NCBI RefSeq assembly: GCF_036323395.1
Contig: NZ_AP028907.1
Location: forward strand, 1,260,001-1,292,000
Direction: 5' to 3'
Origin: Pyrodictium abyssi
GTDB taxonomy: Archaea; Thermoproteota; Thermoprotei_A; Sulfolobales; Pyrodictiaceae
DNA: 32,000 bases
The stretch's first letter is position 1, and the number at the start of each line of letters is the position of its first letter. This document shows positions 28,601 through 32,000 of the stretch, one piece after another. Below the pieces are notes generated by a model that ran no database searches, was not told the origin of the DNA, and worked only from the letters and a program-made list of their open reading frames with translations. The position numbers and the translations under genes are program-made.

Positions 28601-30056
28601 GGAGGCCCTAAAGGCCGGCAACGTGCTGATGGCGCTGAGGCTAGCCCGCACAGTGCTGGACACCGTGGAGTACGTCCGGGACGAGGTCCTCCGCGGCCAC
28701 GTGAAGCCGGCCGCCGCCGAGGCTAGGAGGCTACGCGGCCTCCTCGAGGAGTACGCTGAGAGGATAGAGGAGGCCCGCCACGCAGCCGAGAAGATGCTCG
28801 AGCAGCTGACCGGCCGCCCGGTGAAGCTGCGGGTCGAGGGGCTGGAGAGGCTACAGGAGGCCGTAAGGGCGATAGAGGAGGTGGAGGAGCTCAGGCTCAG
28901 CGAGAAGCAGCTAGAGGAGGAGGTCCAGCGGCTCTGGGAGGAGGCACGGCGCCGCTACCCACGCGACCCGGGGCGCCACCTGCCCTTCTACGTCGGCGGC
29001 TCGGGGCCGGCGCTGCACTTCAACTACAAGCTGTGGCTCATAGCGCGGAGGCTCGAGGAGCTCGGGCTAGCACGGCTGGGCGAGTCCGGGCTCGAGGAGG
29101 GAGACTGGCTACGCCGCACCATCCAGGCCCTGGAGGCCCTCGCCAGCGAGGCCAGGAGGCTGCTAGAGGAGAGCGCCGGGCTGCGCCGCCGCGCGGAGAG
29201 GCTGGCTGAGCGGCTGAGGAGGCTCGGCGTAGAAGCCCCGGCGCCCCAGAGCATTGTGCTGCAAGGGCTCAGCGCGCCCGAAGAGCTCGGCCTCGACGAG
29301 GCTGAGCAGCTGCTGCAGGAGGCCCGGCGCCAGCTAGAGGAGGGCCGGCGGCCACTCCTCGAGCTCGAGGAGCAGGTCGACCGGCTCCTAGGCGAGCTCG
29401 AGCAGCTAGAGGAGCTAGCCGCGGAGGCTGAGAGCTGGATACACGGGCTAGAGGAGGCGGCCCGCCACGCCCGAGAGGCCGGGCTGCCCGTCGGCCAGAG
29501 GCTCCGCGAGGCCCTAGAGGACCTGGCCCTGGCGCTAGACCAGGCCCAGGCGATGAAGGGCAAGGCCAGGGCAGTGCTGCAGCAGCCCGGCAGGCTCCTC
29601 GACGCTCTCCGGGACGCGCGCAGCCTCGTGGAGAGCGCGCTCACGCTGCTACGCGACAGCCTGGAGAGGAGCAAGAGGATACACGCGGAGGCCGTCGCCG
29701 AGGCTGAGAGGCAGCGCCAGGCCCTAGAGGCCGAGGCCCAGGCGCTCCGCGAGGCCCTAGAAAGGGCTAGAGCAGGGGCACCACAGCCGCCTAGGAGCAG
29801 CGACCCGTTCGCCGCCGTCGCCGGGCTCCACGAGTACATGGAGAAGCTCCGCCGCATGGCCGCGGAGGCCGGGGTGCTGTCGCAGACCGAGCTGGAGGCC
29901 TACAAGGTGGTGGCGCTGGAGCGGAGGAGGCGCGGCGAGCTGCTGCTGAGGGAGGCTGCTGAGCTGGTGGCGGAGAGGCTCGGCATAGGCCCCGAGGAGG
30001 CTCGCCGCATACTCATATCGCTTATAGAGAAGGAGGTGCTCGAGCCGAGGCTCTAG
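25617..30056 (+). CDS. Very large AAA-like ATPase with long C-terminal coiled-coil and terminal winged-helix-like region
   Basis: 1479 aa. Walker A-like AEWGEGKTS, Walker B RLVVFIDELEDL, SFHIVASLTPPAY sensor-like stretch. Long E/R/L-rich heptad regions from about residue 1000, then ELVAERLGIGPEEARRILISLIEKEVLEPRL at the C-terminus. Confidence 0.85.
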   Translation: MPPETGQARPRCGPPPSRLPSLTGTDARLLDEYLPPLPSRQRVYQQVVEALNEMEKSQDPVLVLLVAEWGEGKTSIYNARVKPWLEERGWRSLEARAATVMAHLASLRGRSERDPAYRLMAALLAAGLEQEGLLARHGAPDAAGSLREYVERVLRSLVPQGGRLVVFIDELEDLVASAREEELAELVAGLVGILNGDVEAVSAQCRGEGCMPGSFHIVASLTPPAYSRLMGLRDFATVAARLRRRIRSIWIQPLPRREAFAFLESLARYTLGRGLDALLEDHSLAHAVVSGTLGNMGALVSAFRYLVSWARGRGGCGDGVAVLSTSEVLEALQGLTLSVGGAELPALNSEAYARLAEGWEARAKLAGFDTAVARRLLDELVARGTVPVEELAVAVGARPGVVAEMVQELNVYGEQSWPRRELGVQRLVHEVVEAPAVEDAFKLLRAVEPEAVKLLPQLAGREEQRPLEQLLDTLVYLDSAGRLVVAVPADERSAADLVADASPLELSRAEAERLAALLWEAIFSRLLGSGGARAYMLSPRLQRLLYVSPELSYLDFIADRVERLQVIRRVYTEASRGHLAAGISALLAAEGLLAEPPALQGEGVARAELSLQGGARARVLVYTVPGEVTAAEARRLESQVMAALMSGWRPHAVLLVHHGGVEPQAQRLLDTLEGKLFLKVVDAPIESMVSRARLQALGVKLADEAGGVEEALRAAVEVARNPATAEGMGFDPLRLHSLLRELAEEIRPRERLERALEEGVDGAPLVIRDPRLGYDVERPTELSGALRYFLVVPSTRASAREALHAAYEYVMRYHLYRGPGGEGRGLLSPDIDRGEAQTLEKYMLLLAANGFLDKTNGTVRIDTLSPMERSVLRALEQLGARSQEVPASRVWELLVMEARNPGTRRMLLQALVHRGLVSAAASRRVDPERSRLRLRDGEEAAWQLIREARSLLREVEEDPEARAWGLVVSAKARDYRAGSLEEFARKMSSLLDTAEEALKAGNVLMALRLARTVLDTVEYVRDEVLRGHVKPAAAEARRLRGLLEEYAERIEEARHAAEKMLEQLTGRPVKLRVEGLERLQEAVRAIEEVEELRLSEKQLEEEVQRLWEEARRRYPRDPGRHLPFYVGGSGPALHFNYKLWLIARRLEELGLARLGESGLEEGDWLRRTIQALEALASEARRLLEESAGLRRRAERLAERLRRLGVEAPAPQSIVLQGLSAPEELGLDEAEQLLQEARRQLEEGRRPLLELEEQVDRLLGELEQLEELAAEAESWIHGLEEAARHAREAGLPVGQRLREALEDLALALDQAQAMKGKARAVLQQPGRLLDALRDARSLVESALTLLRDSLERSKRIHAEAVAEAERQRQALEAEAQALREALERARAGAPQPPRSSDPFAAVAGLHEYMEKLRRMAAEAGVLSQTELEAYKVVALERRRRGELLLREAAELVAERLGIGPEEARRILISLIEKEVLEPRL

Positions 30057-30280
30057 CCCGCCGGGCACCCACGCCCCGGCCCCTCTTTCTCCACCGCTAC
30101 CGCGTACACCCTCGGCTTGCTTGGTGTTGGCACTGGGCGTCCCGGGGGCGAGTAGGTTCGGGTGCGTGTAGCTAAGGCTATAGCTTAGCCGCCCCGTCTC
30201 CCGGGGCTACTAGGGTGTATCCCCCGCCCCTGTTCTCCCAGCAGCCCACCCGAGGGCAGCGAGACCAGAGCGCTGGGGCC

Positions 30281-30985
30281 ATGATAGTGTTGAGGAGCCG
30301 CCGGCTCGACGAGTACCTTAGAGAGCTAGGCGCCGCGGTTAGGAGCAAGCAGGTAGACGTCGAGGCGCTCGTGCGCCGCATAGTCGAGGAGGCTGTCCGG
30401 GAGGCTGGCTGCGGCGCCAGCGGCTCCCTGGACCCGGGGCTGCTGGAGAGGCTTGAGCGGGTAGAGCAGCGGCTCGAGAGGATAGAGCGGAGGCTAGAGC
30501 AGCTGGAGCGGCGCGGCGCCAGCCTCTCCAGGAGGGATGTCGACGAGCTGGCCCGCGCTATAGCCTCGGCCGTGGCGGCTGCTGTCAGGGCCCAGGCGGG
30601 GCACCAGCGTGGCCAGAGGGATGAACCGCGGTGGCTACGCGCTATCGTGGAGCGGCTACGGGGCCGGGGCTACGTTGTGCTGCACGAGCTGCCGCCCGAC
30701 GTGCGGGATGGCTTCGACCCGGAGGAGGCCAGGCGCCGGGGACTAGTAGTGGCCAGCCTCGGGGGCCAGACCGTGGTTATGACGAGGCAGGGGCTGCGAG
30801 ACTTCATGGAGAAGCTGCGGGGGCTCCGGGCGAGCGACGAGTACGAGGCAGAGACCCAGCTGGGGCGCTACAAGCTGCTGTTCCGGCTCCTCCGGGAGGA
30901 GGGCCTCGTCTACTACGCCGGGCCCAGCAGGGGCTGGGTGGTCCAGGGCCAGCTGGAGAAGCTAGCCCATGAACACCTTGTATAG
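30281..30985 (+). CDS. Coiled-coil protein with C-terminal winged-helix-like region; putative partner of the large ATPase
   Basis: ORF 30215..30985, likely ATG at 30281. LLERLERVEQRLERIERRLEQLERRGASLSRRDVDEL coil, then RYKLLFRLLREEGLVYYAGPSRGWVVQGQLEKLA. Confidence 0.7.
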   Translation: MIVLRSRRLDEYLRELGAAVRSKQVDVEALVRRIVEEAVREAGCGASGSLDPGLLERLERVEQRLERIERRLEQLERRGASLSRRDVDELARAIASAVAAAVRAQAGHQRGQRDEPRWLRAIVERLRGRGYVVLHELPPDVRDGFDPEEARRRGLVVASLGGQTVVMTRQGLRDFMEKLRGLRASDEYEAETQLGRYKLLFRLLREEGLVYYAGPSRGWVVQGQLEKLAHEHLV

Positions 30986-31510
30986 CAGGAGGCCTGCCAC
31001 TGTCTTGCCGTCGCGTATCTCGCCGCGCCTTATCATCTCCAGGGCCTCGTCTAGGGGGATCCAGAGGGTCTCTATCAGCTCGTCCTCCTCGGGCCGTGCC
31101 TCGGCCTCGCGTAGGTCGCCGGCCGCGTATATGTACATGACCTCGGTGGAAACGCCGGGGCTCGTGTAGAACCTGGCTAGCAGGCGGAGCCAGCCGGGCT
31201 CGTAGCCGGTCTCCTCGACCAGCTCCCTGCGCGCCGTCTCCTCCGGCTGCTCCCCGGGCTCGAGAGTGCCAGCTGGTATCTCGTAGAGCCACTCGCCCAC
31301 ACTAGGGCGGTACTGGCGCTCTAGCAGGACCCTCCCCGCCTCGTCCACGGCTACTACTGCTACCGCGCCTGGGTGGCGTAGCGTGTCGTAGACCTGCCTC
31401 CGGCCACGGATCAGCGCCTCTATCTGGCCGAGGGCGAAGCGCCGGCCGCGGCACAGCTCCCGGTACCCTAGGATACGTGGCTCAGCATCCACGCCGGGGC
31501 ACCCGCGCAC
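30962..31510 (-). CDS. Nudix hydrolase (ADP-ribose pyrophosphatase-like)
   Basis: Nudix box GTLEPGEQPEETARRELVEETGYEPG within a 182-aa ORF. Confidence 0.93.
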   Translation of the reverse strand: MRGCPGVDAEPRILGYRELCRGRRFALGQIEALIRGRRQVYDTLRHPGAVAVVAVDEAGRVLLERQYRPSVGEWLYEIPAGTLEPGEQPEETARRELVEETGYEPGWLRLLARFYTSPGVSTEVMYIYAAGDLREAEARPEEDELIETLWIPLDEALEMIRRGEIRDGKTVAGLLLYKVFMG

Positions 31511-31616
31511 CCCGAGGAGGCCCTGGCGGCGTAGAAGAGGGTAGCGGGGCCCAAGGCCCCATTAGGAGGGTATATAGGAGCATTATCTGCCTACTACATG
31601 TCATGGTGGCGCCCCT

Positions 31617-32000
31617 GTGAGGGGGCTCTCGCAGACCACAGCAGTAGCGCTCCTCACGCTGATAGCCGTAGTGTCGGCCGGGATACTCTACATGTGGTAC
31701 TCCGGCTTCACCGGCGGCAACGAGCCCAGCGCTTCTAGCGGCTTGGCCGCTTTGCGTATAGTGGCTGTCTCGCCGCTCTATAGCGGCAACAGCGAGTACT
31801 GCTACGGCGTATCCGTCGCCGTAGCCAATATAGGCGATGCTCCTGTCACGCTGGGCAACGTATCCAGCATCATACTGGGAGATGCTAGCGGCTCGACGGT
31901 GCCGTGCATAGGGCTCTGGGACGGCGATACCACGATACCCCCTGGCGAGATTGTAGAGTTGACGGCTCTGCCTATGGGGCAGCTGTCTAGCGCTAGGACC
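31617..32000 (+). CDS. Archaellin / type IV pilin-like secreted protein, 3' truncated by the window edge
   Basis: GTG start gives (M)RGLSQTTAVALLTLIAVVSAGILYMWYSGFTGGNEPS, resembling a class III (PibD-type) signal peptide. The frame stays open to base 32000. TATA-like tatatagg at about 31571. Missing from the ORF track because it runs off the window. Confidence 0.7.
   Translation, partial: MRGLSQTTAVALLTLIAVVSAGILYMWYSGFTGGNEPSASSGLAALRIVAVSPLYSGNSEYCYGVSVAVANIGDAPVTLGNVSSIILGDASGSTVPCIGLWDGDTTIPPGEIVELTALPMGQLSSART

Noticed and set aside
29024-29857. 277-aa minus-strand Ser/Arg-rich ORF
   Set aside because: Lies antisense to the coiled-coil region of the giant ATPase. Ser-rich antisense ORFs arise from E/R/L-rich coding codons.
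1-32000. CRISPR arrays, transposases, tRNA/rRNA genes
   Set aside because: No regularly spaced direct repeats, transposase-like ORFs, or tRNA T-loop/acceptor patterns were recognised by eye. A formal tRNAscan, CRISPR or Infernal search was not possible.

Overview
This window looks like a high-GC hyperthermophilic archaeal chromosome segment, probably a crenarchaeote. That taxonomic placement is inferred from AOR/POR enzymes, PIN and DUF104-type toxin-antitoxin genes, archaeal TATA-like boxes and AGG/AGA/ATA/CTA-rich codon use. Well-supported content includes an edge-truncated P-loop ATPase, an aldo/keto reductase, an aldehyde ferredoxin oxidoreductase (AOR) downstream of a thioredoxin-like protein and a B12-binding radical SAM protein, two more radical SAM proteins, an FAD oxidoreductase, and a complete 2-oxoacid (pyruvate) ferredoxin oxidoreductase operon (gamma-delta-alpha-beta). 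It also carries an ABC-2 exporter, an intact VapBC, an acylphosphatase, a PLP decarboxylase, a 1479-aa AAA-like ATPase with coiled coil plus a smaller coiled-coil partner, a Nudix hydrolase, and the start of a pilin/archaellin-like gene at the right edge. The most notable reading-level result is that several genes are interrupted by single-base frame changes that the ORF track hides. These are a DUF6516-like toxin, a PIN toxin (C5 run), a DUF104 antitoxin and its PIN partner, and an ABC ATPase (C5/G5 run). In each case the restored reading recovers family-typical residues. The other leads are an AOR lacking the first cysteine of its CxxCxxxC cluster motif, a relatively AT-rich island carrying a secreted His/Thr/Pro-rich protein, and the giant ATPase gene pair. 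I found no CRISPR array, tRNA, rRNA or transposase.
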